DNA from: an uncultured archaeon
GTDB taxonomy: Archaea > Iainarchaeota > Iainarchaeia > Iainarchaeales > VGJJ01
NCBI GenBank assembly: GCA_964363635.1
Contig: CAYIIU010000001.1
Coordinates: 5,112 to 69,111, forward strand
Length of the DNA stretch: 64,000 bases
Direction: 5' to 3'
The notes below the pieces were generated by a model, which saw only the letters and a list, made by a program, of their open reading frames with translations, did not search any database and was not told where the DNA came from. The position numbers and the translations under genes were made by a program. Positions 47,457-57,324 of the stretch are shown one piece after another; within the stretch, counting starts at the first letter, position 1, and the number at the start of each line of letters is the position of its first letter.

Positions 47457-47617
47457 TCATCGAACGAGGGTAAGTCAATCTTCGAAAGGTTGGCGGGTAA
47501 CAAATGCAGTATTCAGGATTAGGAATGGAAAAAAATCCTTTTTACGAGGGAAAACCCCATTTGAATGGGTGTGGGGGAAGTGATCGGGCGAGGACCCTTT
47601 TGGGGGCCGGGCGATGA
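47457..47617 (+). ncRNA. candidate small structured RNA
   Basis: TTTATAA box at 47423-47429; ends TCATCG/CGATGA pair; four internal hairpins. Confidence 0.3.
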
Positions 47618-47622
47618 ATATG

Positions 47623-48348
47623 CTATATCGTAGGCAAATCTTCCGGGAGAGTGGTCTTTTCCACGTTGGAAGCGGGGGTTCGAGCCGAAGAAGAGGGGGC
47701 GCGGCCCATCCCTTTGAAGAGTTTGGTGTTGAACTCTTCCACTTGTTTTCGGGAGAGAATGCCCATGATGTAGTTCGCATACGCGTGGACCATGTCCGTC
47801 ATGTCCACGAGACCATCTTGGAAGTCATTCTGGGTGAATTCTATCTTGTTGGGTTTGATGACCTCGATGGAAGCAGGGCCGTAGAAGAACATCAAACGCA
47901 CGATGGCGCGGAAATCCCTTACCGAGAGATTGACGTCTACGAACGTGGAGAACTTGTCCTCCACGGGAACAATCGTCTCTATTTTCTGCGAATAAATCTT
48001 GAAAAAAGGCTCCTTCTTGAGGTTTTCGAGGATCTTTTCGGCTTGATTTTTGACGAGACTTTCCTCCACTCCCTGAACTTCAATCATCATTTGGACGCGG
48101 AACGTGTTATCGTCCTCTTGCTCCAAAGACTTTCTGCGCTTCATTTCCGCGGACACGTCATCCTTCAACGCATACACTGGAGGGGTGCCCTGCAGCGCAA
48201 CCAATTTCAACTGCATCAAAAACTTCAACTCTTCCTGCGCCTCGCTCATTTTCATGTTAGTGCGCTCGGCCAACTGTTCAAGGGAAAGCGGACCATTGAT
48301 TAACGCAGTGGAGAGCTTCTTTTGTTTATCATTGAATTGAAGAGACAT
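47623..48348 (-). CDS. wHTH domain fused to a conserved archaeal uncharacterised domain
   Basis: GPLSLEQLAERT...L..LM..KLV; IEVQG...FSTFVD...YGPASIEVIKP. Confidence 0.75.
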   Translation of the reverse strand: MSLQFNDKQKKLSTALINGPLSLEQLAERTNMKMSEAQEELKFLMQLKLVALQGTPPVYALKDDVSAEMKRRKSLEQEDDNTFRVQMMIEVQGVEESLVKNQAEKILENLKKEPFFKIYSQKIETIVPVEDKFSTFVDVNLSVRDFRAIVRLMFFYGPASIEVIKPNKIEFTQNDFQDGLVDMTDMVHAYANYIMGILSRKQVEEFNTKLFKGMGRAPSSSARTPASNVEKTTLPEDLPTI

Positions 48349-48385
48349 ACTAAGAAAGAGCGGAGAATTGTTTATAAGAACAGGG

Positions 48386-49105
48386 TCAGGGATGGTATCG
48401 TTTGCGGAGAAAATGTTCGTATTTTCGTCGATTTGCCCAATGATTCCAAGCGCGAGAAAAAAGATTCCCACGCCGGATCTGCCGCCATGATTCGATGGTC
48501 TCATCGCGTCCTACTAGCTCCCTAGCATTGCGTTTAATCCATTGGGTGTACGTTTCAAATCCGACCGGAATATCCAAATACCCTCTCCAACGCCAGAAAT
48601 TTAATCCTACTTTTCCGGGAAAACGCAGTTGATACTGAAAACGCGCCCGTTCTGCGCGCGAGGGCTTGATGAAAATCAAATCGCCATTCCGTGCAATGGC
48701 AAAAATAGGGTGAGTGGATGCAATGACTGATGAATTTTTCCATCCCGGAGGATAACTATCCTCCGATTCCCCAATCACATGGTGGATTTTCATCAACTGC
48801 ACCATTTCTCTTTGCAAAATCATTATTTTGTACGCGGAAAATTGCCGAACACCCAAACTTAGGGAAGAACCTGCTATGCTCATGGGGGCAAACACCCCCG
48901 TTGCTGCTCCAATGCCCTGCGCTGCCATCCCTGCTTCTCCCAACGCACGAGTACGGCGCCAAAACCGCATTTCGAAGATTGCCTTTTTCATTTCAGGAGT
49001 GAGATCCGCATACGTTATCCGCACCCGATTCTGACTTGACGATTGGGGAGTCTCTAGGCTCGCGCGCGGCGGCCGGTATAGATTTTCATCGTACGCACGG
49101 GACAT
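48386..49105 (-). CDS. Arg-rich orphan protein
   Basis: Probable start MSRAY at 49105; Gly/Ala-rich hydrophobic hairpin. Confidence 0.6.
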   Translation of the reverse strand: MSRAYDENLYRPPRASLETPQSSSQNRVRITYADLTPEMKKAIFEMRFWRRTRALGEAGMAAQGIGAATGVFAPMSIAGSSLSLGVRQFSAYKIMILQREMVQLMKIHHVIGESEDSYPPGWKNSSVIASTHPIFAIARNGDLIFIKPSRAERARFQYQLRFPGKVGLNFWRWRGYLDIPVGFETYTQWIKRNARELVGRDETIESWRQIRRGNLFSRAWNHWANRRKYEHFLRKRYHP

Positions 49106-49155
49106 GACCACTCCATCGCATCGAGGGTTATATACTTTGATGAAACAGTAGAGGC

Positions 49156-49452
49156 ATGAACATCCTCTTGCAAGTCCCCGCCGCTCCACTCGAAACGGTC
49201 ACGAATACGATTTCGGGAAACATTTCATGGCTGCTGATTGGAATCGTTTTGTTTGCCGCCGCGGCCGTGGTCATTTACTTTTTGAAAAATTTTATTGCCA
49301 ACGCCATACTAGGAATTATTGGATGGGCCGTGTTAACGTATGTGTTTCACGTCCCTCTCCCATTCCTTCCATCCCTACTCATTTCAGCGATATTTGGATT
49401 GGCTGGACTGGGCGCGATGGTCGTGCTCGCTTTTTTAGGAATCGTGACGTAA
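49156..49452 (+). CDS. BofA-like small membrane protein
   Basis: KNFIANAILG...ISAIFGLAG, three TM helices. Confidence 0.7.
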   Translation: MNILLQVPAAPLETVTNTISGNISWLLIGIVLFAAAAVVIYFLKNFIANAILGIIGWAVLTYVFHVPLPFLPSLLISAIFGLAGLGAMVVLAFLGIVT

Positions 49453-49481
49453 ACTTTTTTGAAAAAAAAGTTTAATCAAAA
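49450..49481 (-). repeat. tailed hairpin repeat, copy 9 (between convergent genes)
   Basis: Minus strand TTTTGAT-TAAACTTTTTT-TTC-AAAAAAGTTTA; overlaps the TAA stop. Confidence 0.75.
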
Positions 49482-49495
49482 AAATAATCAAAACC

Positions 49496-50272
49496 CTAAC
49501 GCACGTAAGGGAGATCTAATTTCTTGTTCCCGCCCTCTTCCGCCTGCATCGTCTCGGCGAGTTTCTGGAATGCTTTCTCAATCTCCTTCGACTCGGCTTC
49601 AATCTTGTCCATCTTTATTTTGAAGCCGTATTTTTTAATCAAAAGGTCGAGAACGCTCTTGCTCGCGCCCGGGTCACCATAAACAAGGCGCGCAGAGGTT
49701 TCTCCCATCAAACACACGCCCGGAATGCCCTGCGTCTTTCCTATTCCCAACAACAAACCCGCGTGGCCCCAAATGGTTCCTTCCGGCTGATCCGTTTTCG
49801 CACCGGCCTTTTTCCATTCTTCCAAGGATTTTTTGTCCGTGGCCGCGGCAATGACATGCGGCGTAATCTTCATGCGTTCTTCACCAATATTCAACCCCGC
49901 AATCGTGCACACTTCATTGATGCCAAGCTCTTTGAACGCCGCCACTAATGTTCGGGAAAAATCATACTGGTCTCCCGTGTTGGAGACATTCTGGTCCCAG
50001 TTTGGAATCACAGGACCCGCGACGAAATAGAATGCCTGTCCTTTGTGATTCAAATAATAAATATGGTCGGAAAACATTTCCACGACGCCGCTCTTGGTAA
50101 TGACTGCGGGGGGAAACGAATCACTAAAAACTTCGGCAATTTTTTTGGGCTTCAATTCTTTCACTAAATAATCCACGACAATTTTTCCCACGAGACCAAT
50201 GCCGGGCAAGCCGATGAAAACCATCCCGCCTTTCTCTTTGGGCTTTTCCATAATGAAAACTTGCGTGGGCAT
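49496..50272 (-). CDS. PAC2 family proteasome assembly chaperone
   Basis: GLPGIGLVGK, G..GLLLG, CLMGET, DP.AS; follows aIF2 alpha. Confidence 0.92.
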   Translation of the reverse strand: MPTQVFIMEKPKEKGGMVFIGLPGIGLVGKIVVDYLVKELKPKKIAEVFSDSFPPAVITKSGVVEMFSDHIYYLNHKGQAFYFVAGPVIPNWDQNVSNTGDQYDFSRTLVAAFKELGINEVCTIAGLNIGEERMKITPHVIAAATDKKSLEEWKKAGAKTDQPEGTIWGHAGLLLGIGKTQGIPGVCLMGETSARLVYGDPGASKSVLDLLIKKYGFKIKMDKIEAESKEIEKAFQKLAETMQAEEGGNKKLDLPYVR

Positions 50273-50277
50273 GACTT

Positions 50278-51228
50278 TCAACTCACTACCTGTCGAGCGA
50301 ACGAAATGGTACCATTCTGGCCTATATATTTGTGCAGTTTTTCCTGCACGCCTGCCAATCCTTTTTCGGCGAGCTTGAAATCGTACGAAACGACTTTCAA
50401 CAAATATTTTCCCCCGCCCAAATAGGAATAATGAATGTTGGCATTGGAGACATTTTTGGCGCTTTCCAACAAAGCCGTTTTGACCAACTCCACACCATTG
50501 GGAGCAGTGCATGCAATCGTGAGTGTGCCCTTCACTTCCTTCTCTGCAGGGCGGACATTCTTTTTCACCACTTCAACGAGAATAGGAATCCACTCTTTAC
50601 TGATTCCATCAATCGCACGTTCTCCATCCATGGCAATGGCTTCAAAGGCTTGGGGAATGTTTCCATACATCGCAATGAGAGGAGGCGCAATGGCCGCCCA
50701 ACCTTCTTCTTTGGTCTTGTTGAGTGTTTTCGCCATCTGCTCAATCAATTTTTTATTTCGATCCAATTGTTTGTACTCTTCGATGCGCAAACGTTGCTGA
50801 CGCTCGGTGACTTTCGTGAGTGAAAGGTCGATTTGCAATTTTTCCTTGTCAATCTTTTGAACAAGCGCCGCGCGCATCTGTCCTTCGCTCACGTAATTGC
50901 GAATATTCTTGATCCAGCTCGATTCGACTTGAGAGATGTGAACGAAACCCGTGGCGTTTTCATATTCTAACAGCGAACAAAAAACTCCGTAATCCAAAAC
51001 CTTGTCTACTTTCACGACGACAATTTCATTGATGTTGGGCCACTTCTTCACATTTTGATTTCGCATCGACGCGGCACTGGACTGCGGACGCGGAGAAAAT
51101 CCTCCGGCGGTGTTTAAACCTTGGCCCGTCCCTGTTCCCGTTCCCGTGCTCGTCGTGCGCCCATGATACGGTTTGGAAGGCCGGGCAAAACGCGGACGAT
51201 TGAAATTAGGTCGCGGGGGGAAGGGCAT
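50278..51228 (-). CDS. eif2a: translation initiation factor aIF-2 alpha with N-terminal extension
   Basis: S1 domain WP..NEIV, LLEY, HISQV..WIKNIR, IDLSL, PNGVE. Confidence 0.93.
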   Translation of the reverse strand: MPFPPRPNFNRPRFARPSKPYHGRTTSTGTGTGTGQGLNTAGGFSPRPQSSAASMRNQNVKKWPNINEIVVVKVDKVLDYGVFCSLLEYENATGFVHISQVESSWIKNIRNYVSEGQMRAALVQKIDKEKLQIDLSLTKVTERQQRLRIEEYKQLDRNKKLIEQMAKTLNKTKEEGWAAIAPPLIAMYGNIPQAFEAIAMDGERAIDGISKEWIPILVEVVKKNVRPAEKEVKGTLTIACTAPNGVELVKTALLESAKNVSNANIHYSYLGGGKYLLKVVSYDFKLAEKGLAGVQEKLHKYIGQNGTISFARQVVS

Positions 51229-51281
51229 ATGTACGAAAGCGGGGGCAAATAGTTCTTAAATAAACGTCCTTTCCGCACGGT

Positions 51282-51992
51282 TCAAACGTTTTCCCCGAGT
51301 TTGCGGGAGAGAAATAATTGTGCAATCTTCTCCGGGAGTTCAACAATTTCGCCGGGCTTGTAGGGGCCGTACTCTTTCAAATCGGTTCCCACAAAACTTG
51401 GAATATCTGAAATGATTTTTACCGGAGAAGAGGGGCCGGATGATGCAGAAGGATTTCGCGCGGGCGTGGAGGAAGAGGAAAATGAATGGGATGGGGGAAC
51501 CGTTTCCACCATTTTTTCAACGGGAGGAGACTCGGGAGAAACATGTTTCAGTGAATCCATCCGCGCTTCTAATGGTGAAGGAGATTGCGGAGTGGAGGGA
51601 ATTCCAATCGCGACAAACTCTCCATTGGCATCCATGACTTGCTTGGCAATGGCGCGGTGGTCCATGAGCGCGGCATACACGAGCGCGACCATTTTCTTTT
51701 CTTCCGCGGCCATATGTTGAGAATCCATTTCTTCTAAACGCGCGGCCATGAGAACGGCATTCAACAATTTCTTTTCGCGCACGACAAACCATTCATCCAC
51801 GAGCTTTTTCAAGTTCCCAAAGTCCCTTGCTCGAGTGGTGTTCAAATCCTTCAACGAGTCAAAATATTTCTTCCGCTCCTCATCGATGAGACCGTGCAAT
51901 AAGGTGAAAAAATCGTCGGGAACGTCCACTAATCTTGCCGTGCTCTTTTCCAAGCGGTATATTCTCCGCATTTCTTCAAAATCAATCGCCAT
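51282..51992 (-). CDS. GINS complex subunit (Gins15/51)
   Basis: LVDVPDDFF, REKKLL, B domain DIPSFVGTDLKEYGP; downstream of priS. Confidence 0.88.
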   Translation of the reverse strand: MAIDFEEMRRIYRLEKSTARLVDVPDDFFTLLHGLIDEERKKYFDSLKDLNTTRARDFGNLKKLVDEWFVVREKKLLNAVLMAARLEEMDSQHMAAEEKKMVALVYAALMDHRAIAKQVMDANGEFVAIGIPSTPQSPSPLEARMDSLKHVSPESPPVEKMVETVPPSHSFSSSSTPARNPSASSGPSSPVKIISDIPSFVGTDLKEYGPYKPGEIVELPEKIAQLFLSRKLGENV

Positions 51993-52088
51993 ATTTTCCC
52001 AACCTATTGCTTGGTGTGAAACGGCTTTCCAACCTAAATGACTGCCTACTTCACTTTCCCAACTTCCTTCGGTTTCCAACCATTTGCT

Positions 52089-53327
52089 TTAGCGCAGCGT
52101 GGCTGCACCCCAACCGACTAAATACACGCTCAAGGGGCCGGGAACCACCATTTCAGCAGGTTCCAAGACTGGGTCGAGCGTGTATTTCCCGATAGTAATC
52201 TGGGGAGCATGGTCCACTAAAAGCTTTCGCTCGGGAAGCATGAAAAATGGTGCGGAATCGACGAAGGGATTGTAATCCTTGAGTTGTGCGATGGGAATCG
52301 TCTGCGCCACTAATCCGGTGCTGCCGTGCAGCGTGTCCGGCACGCGAATCAACTTGAAAATATCCCCCGAGGTCTGCCTGTCGATGGGCAAGCGAAGTTT
52401 TTCCACCAACGCAGATAAGACGGCGTTCCAAAACGCTTCCGTTTTTTTCCCGGGCAACGCGGGCAAATACCCTGAATGGATTTCCTGAAACCACTGCTTC
52501 CGTTTGTTCACGTCGCCTAAATACGAACGAATACTCCGCGGCGCGGAACCGGAAATGAGCACCCATTCGTCTTCGGTGCCACTCTCAACAAGTCGCAAAA
52601 GTTCGGCGAGCAATCGTTTGGCGTGACCTGATGCTTTCGCGTAACGCGGACAGCGATACGCCTTTCCATCGAATGAAAAACCGGCTAGTTGAGCGTCAAA
52701 CTCGTGCATAGAAAGATAATCCATCAATTCTACGCGTGCGGATTTGGGAAGCGTAAAAATACTTTGCGAGCGCACGTAAACATGATACCCTTTGCTCCCA
52801 GAGAAATTGACGTGTAACATTTTTTCATCAAAACCAAAATCGTCTTGGAGAACTTTGAGTAAGGAAAACGTTTGCGTCTTCGTCGCACCCACACATTCGT
52901 TGCACACCCATTCATCCAGCGCAGTGCCCTTTCCGCAGGTGGTGCATTTTTTCACACGGCCTTTTCCTATCGCACCGCAGCTGGTGCATTTCCACGAGTC
53001 ATGTTTTTCTTTGCAACTCGTGGGAACGTCATCCGCATCAAATTCGTAAATCAAGTCGCTCCCCACGAGGCCTTTTTTTTCCATCGGTTGTATCGCGGGA
53101 TTCATGAACTCTGAAACGGACGCGGACACAAACAAAGGAGTTTGGTTTCTCAAAAAGGAATTGAACTCGGCATTATTTTCAATGTGAACATGGCGCTTGT
53201 CGATTTTCCCTTCGATTCCCCACCCGAATTCGCGGCGCGACGCATCATAGGGAAGGGAAAGCGTATGTTGAGCGTAATATTTCTGGAACAGGCCCCTCAA
53301 CCAGATAATTTCATTGGAATAATTCAT
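52089..53327 (-). CDS. priS: DNA primase small subunit
   Basis: REFG, DLIYEFDADD, FSGSKGYH, ID...D..KLIRVPDTLHG.TG. Confidence 0.93.
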   Translation of the reverse strand: MNYSNEIIWLRGLFQKYYAQHTLSLPYDASRREFGWGIEGKIDKRHVHIENNAEFNSFLRNQTPLFVSASVSEFMNPAIQPMEKKGLVGSDLIYEFDADDVPTSCKEKHDSWKCTSCGAIGKGRVKKCTTCGKGTALDEWVCNECVGATKTQTFSLLKVLQDDFGFDEKMLHVNFSGSKGYHVYVRSQSIFTLPKSARVELMDYLSMHEFDAQLAGFSFDGKAYRCPRYAKASGHAKRLLAELLRLVESGTEDEWVLISGSAPRSIRSYLGDVNKRKQWFQEIHSGYLPALPGKKTEAFWNAVLSALVEKLRLPIDRQTSGDIFKLIRVPDTLHGSTGLVAQTIPIAQLKDYNPFVDSAPFFMLPERKLLVDHAPQITIGKYTLDPVLEPAEMVVPGPLSVYLVGWGAATLR

Positions 53328-53397
53328 GAACGCACAACCCTATAGGGAATATGCCGGAGGAGAGATATAAAGAAAACGAAGAAGAAACGCATTATCA

Positions 53398-53416
53398 GGG
53401 TTTTGGTCCAAAACCC
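53398..53416. promoter_or_regulatory. perfect 9-bp inverted repeat, possible operator or hairpin
   Basis: GGGTTTTGG-T-CCAAAACCC between divergent priS and ATPase genes. Confidence 0.35.
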
Positions 53417-53442
53417 AGACCCAAATTGCCATTCTCATTTAT

Positions 53443-56148
53443 ATGCCACCAATTCCAGCTCGAAGGATGCCAGAGCACTATCAACAGGACGTGAACAGTG
53501 TCCTGCGCGCACTGAAAACGAGCGCAAACGGACTCTCCAATGAGGAAGCCGCGTTGCGGTTGAACGAAGACGGGTCCAACACGATTCAACTGGACAAAAA
53601 AATCAATGTGTGGGGATTGTTAATCGGACAATTCACGGAACTGCTCGTAGTCGTGTTAATCGGCGCGGGCATACTCTCCTATTTGGTGGGCGACCCGCTC
53701 GATACCGTGGTTATTTTTGCGATTGTCATCATCAACGGCCTCCTAGGATTTTTTCAAGAATACAAAGCCGAACGCGCCATTGACGAATTAAAAAAAATGG
53801 GAGCGCAAGGGGCAACTGTCAAACGCAATGGCAAACTGATTCAAATCAGCGCCAAAGACTTGGTGCCGGGAGACATTGTACAGCTCGAAGAAGGAGACAA
53901 AATCCCCGCGGACATTCGATTCATCGACGTCATTGAGACATCCGTGGATGAGGCCGTGCTCACCGGAGAAAGCAGTGCAGTGAATAAGAAAGTGGAAGCG
54001 TTAAGCGGAACACTGGCGGTCGCGGACCGCGTCAATTACGGATACGCCAACACTTCCATCGTTCGCGGACGCGGAATGGGAGTGGTTATTTTCACCGGAT
54101 TGAAAACAGAATTTGGAAAAATCGCCGAAAAATTAGAAGAAGTGGTGGACGAACCCACTCCCCTCAAGCAAAACTTGGAAGTGCTGGCCAAACAGCTCAC
54201 GATAGGCGTGGTTATCGTGATGGTCATTTTGTTTATCATCGGATACTTCATCCAAGGACGCGAATTAGTAGAAATGCTCCTGCTTGCTATTGCGTTAGGA
54301 GTGGCTGCCATTCCGGAAGGACTTCCGGCCGTGACCACCATTACGCTTGCGCTGGGCATTCAGCAGATGGCCCAGCGAAACGCGCTCATCAAACATCTGC
54401 CAAGCGTGGAAACATTGGGGTCAACGGACGTTATTTGCTCCGATAAAACGGGAACACTCACCAAGAATGAAATGACCGTAGAATACGTGTACGCGGACGA
54501 GCAACTCGTTCACGTCACGGGCGTCGGTTACGCGTCCGCGGGGGAAATACAATGGAACAACCAGCCGTTTAATGTGGAACGCGAAAGCGCGCTTGAAATG
54601 ACGATTCAAAATGGCGTGCACAACAACAATTCCCAATACCACGTTGACGAGGGAACCATTTTGGGGGACCCCACGGAAGGGTGTATGCTCGTGCTGGGAC
54701 ACAAAGCCCGGGTGAATGCAACCCTTGTACGCATAAAAGAAATTCCTTTCACGAGCGAACGAAAAAAAATGACAACCGTGAATACGCTCAACACGAATGC
54801 ATATCGTATTTTCATGAAGGGAGCAGTGGAAAAAATATTGGAAAAAAGCATCCTCGTTTTAGAACACGGAAAACGCGTACCCATGACGGAAGGAAAACGC
54901 CAGCAGATACTCCAACAAACGGAAACGCTTTCCAAGAATGCGTACCGCGTATTAGGGTTTGCCTACCGCGACGTGAATGCGCTTTCGGATGATATGGAGC
55001 ACAGCCTCGTGTTCACCGGACTCATGGCGCTGCGCGACCCCCCGCGAGAAGAGGTTACTCAAGCTATTCAGAAATGTTTAGACGCCGGAATTCAAGTGAA
55101 GATGATTACGGGAGACCACCCGGTTACCGCTGCTGCAATCGCGGAGAAAATCGGACTCAAGGGAAATGCCATCACAGGAGTAGAATTGAACCAAATGGAC
55201 GATGCACAATTCAACGACGCCGTACGAACGCACAACGTGTTCGCGCGCGTGGACCCGGAGCACAAATACAAAATTGTTTCGTTTTTACAGAAACAAGGAC
55301 ATGTGGTCGCGGTGACGGGAGACGGCGTGAATGATGCCCCCGCGATTAAGAAAGCGGACATCGGAATCGCGATGGGAATCAAGGGAACGGATGTGGCGAA
55401 AGAGGCAAGCGACATGGTGCTGCGCGACGATAATTTTGCGAGCATTGTGAACGCGGTGGAACTTGGACGCACGGTGTATCAGAACATTCAAGCGTTTGTA
55501 CGCTATTTGTTGGGCGCCAATTTGGTGGAAGTATTAGTCGTGTCGCTGGGATTCTTTTTTGCTTTGGGGGAAGTGATTACACCCATCCAATTATTGTGGA
55601 TTAATCTCGCCACCGATGCCCTTCCTGCACTCGCCCTCGGAGAAGACCCGCCCGGAAAGCACGTGATGCAGCAGAAACCGCGCTCTAAATTCGCGGGGGT
55701 CTTAGACGGAATGGGCTCGTTCATCGGCATCGCAGGAATACTCGGCACGGCCGCGACGCTGGGAATGTACATGTACGGACTCTCAACGGACGAAGATTAC
55801 GCGCGCACGCTCGCATTCACCACGCTCGTCGTGTTTGAACTCATGCTCGTATTCAACGCCCGCCAAATTGGAAAGAGCTGGCTGCAGTACAGTCCGTTCA
55901 ACAATATTTGGCTGATTGCGGCGGTGCTAGCATCGTTCGCTCTGCAGATGATTGCAGTGTACGTTCCTTTCTTACATCCCATTTTCAAAACGGAAAGCAT
56001 TGCGCTGAATGACATGCTGATTATTTTGGGCGTGTGCTTGAGCACGACGCTTGTTCCATATCTGGCGGAGTCGTACAATCGATTGACCAAAAAGAAAAGC
56101 GAAAAAGAATATTTTGAAAACGCATGGCCCGCGCCGAATGTGAACTAA
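53443..56148 (+). CDS. P-type IIA (Ca2+-like) cation-transporting ATPase
   Basis: TGES, PEGL, DKTGT, KGA, TGD, GDGVND, WINLATD. Confidence 0.95.
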   Translation: MPPIPARRMPEHYQQDVNSVLRALKTSANGLSNEEAALRLNEDGSNTIQLDKKINVWGLLIGQFTELLVVVLIGAGILSYLVGDPLDTVVIFAIVIINGLLGFFQEYKAERAIDELKKMGAQGATVKRNGKLIQISAKDLVPGDIVQLEEGDKIPADIRFIDVIETSVDEAVLTGESSAVNKKVEALSGTLAVADRVNYGYANTSIVRGRGMGVVIFTGLKTEFGKIAEKLEEVVDEPTPLKQNLEVLAKQLTIGVVIVMVILFIIGYFIQGRELVEMLLLAIALGVAAIPEGLPAVTTITLALGIQQMAQRNALIKHLPSVETLGSTDVICSDKTGTLTKNEMTVEYVYADEQLVHVTGVGYASAGEIQWNNQPFNVERESALEMTIQNGVHNNNSQYHVDEGTILGDPTEGCMLVLGHKARVNATLVRIKEIPFTSERKKMTTVNTLNTNAYRIFMKGAVEKILEKSILVLEHGKRVPMTEGKRQQILQQTETLSKNAYRVLGFAYRDVNALSDDMEHSLVFTGLMALRDPPREEVTQAIQKCLDAGIQVKMITGDHPVTAAAIAEKIGLKGNAITGVELNQMDDAQFNDAVRTHNVFARVDPEHKYKIVSFLQKQGHVVAVTGDGVNDAPAIKKADIGIAMGIKGTDVAKEASDMVLRDDNFASIVNAVELGRTVYQNIQAFVRYLLGANLVEVLVVSLGFFFALGEVITPIQLLWINLATDALPALALGEDPPGKHVMQQKPRSKFAGVLDGMGSFIGIAGILGTAATLGMYMYGLSTDEDYARTLAFTTLVVFELMLVFNARQIGKSWLQYSPFNNIWLIAAVLASFALQMIAVYVPFLHPIFKTESIALNDMLIILGVCLSTTLVPYLAESYNRLTKKKSEKEYFENAWPAPNVN

Positions 56149-57239
56149 TTGGAAACAGGTTGGTTAGGGAACACGGAATTATTTTCTTCAATTGGTTCAT
56201 CTTTCTTTTTAGGCGCCGAGAGTTCGCGCTGGTAAAATTGCAATGGGTGCGTGACGTTGCACGTGCGGGAGATGCAGAACCCGTGTTCTCTAATTTTGGC
56301 GCACGCGGGAGAAGAATACGTTTTCCCATGCTTCCCGGCAAGATTATCTAAATGATAACGCGTAATCTTTTCATCGTAGTTGGATGCTTTGGCAAACACG
56401 GAAACAATATCTTCGAAGGGCATGTGCACATTTACCAAAAATGTTGCCAAATCGAAGCGCGCCATGTGGGGAATGTTTATTCCGCTTGAAATGTCGGTGT
56501 ACAACTTGTCCATGCACGGAGGAAACGCTTCCAAAACGAGGCCGGAAGAAATAGTTAATTTTGCTTCCTGCATGCGCAGCGCTTGCAAACGCGATTGGGC
56601 GACTTTTTGAATATCGTTGAAAATGGTTGGAAGCCCTTGCGTGTCTACTGGAAGGGAAGATAGAACGTGTGCGTGCACACGCTCAGCCATCCAGCGGCAG
56701 GCGACATTCCATTCGAGCTTAACAAAACCTTTTTCCAACGGTTGATGGACCAAATGAAGTTGTCCATCGCGGAAAGGGATTGAGAGGTATGTGGGAAGCG
56801 AAAGCGAAACAACAGGTTGCTCGTCCAGTGAAACATCCACGAGCACATTCAAATCGCGCGCGAGGTCGGAAAACGCGCCGCGCTTATCCTTCTCCGCATT
56901 CAAATATTCGAATGTCAAATCGCCCATCAGCTGGGCGAAGCGGTCATACAATTGAGGGTGACGGAGATTGGAGAGAATTATTTTTGCCAGCGGATACGCT
57001 AACACGTCGTTTTGGAGAAATTCCGCATACGAAAGTTCGCGCTTGGAAAAATGGTCCTCGACAAATATCCTTCTTGCTTTGGGCGACGCTGCGGAGCACG
57101 CATCCACCATCGCTAGGGCAGCTTCGAAGGATGATGGGTCGATTTGCATGAGGTCGGGAACGAGCTGCTTGACCACGCTTTTCGAGTGAGTAGAATACGG
57201 GTATTTCCGCGCGAGCTGCAATTGTGAAAGGGGGACCAT
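56145..57239 (-). CDS. priL: DNA primase large subunit
   Basis: KYPY, FPPCM, H.ARF.L..FL, Y..PAC..I...G.C....C (Fe-S cluster Cys), HPL.FY. Confidence 0.92.
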   Translation of the reverse strand: MVPLSQLQLARKYPYSTHSKSVVKQLVPDLMQIDPSSFEAALAMVDACSAASPKARRIFVEDHFSKRELSYAEFLQNDVLAYPLAKIILSNLRHPQLYDRFAQLMGDLTFEYLNAEKDKRGAFSDLARDLNVLVDVSLDEQPVVSLSLPTYLSIPFRDGQLHLVHQPLEKGFVKLEWNVACRWMAERVHAHVLSSLPVDTQGLPTIFNDIQKVAQSRLQALRMQEAKLTISSGLVLEAFPPCMDKLYTDISSGINIPHMARFDLATFLVNVHMPFEDIVSVFAKASNYDEKITRYHLDNLAGKHGKTYSSPACAKIREHGFCISRTCNVTHPLQFYQRELSAPKKKDEPIEENNSVFPNQPVSN

Positions 57240-57324
57240 AGAATATCTTCGGCTTAACCGGCATTAAACCCCTACGGCAGAACGGCGCCGCAAGGATTAT
57301 ATATAGAACATAGAATATAGATTT

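Noticed and set aside
49496..49515. HbYX proteasome-gating motif in PAC2
   Set aside because: The protein ends PYVR, so the Tyr is not penultimate.
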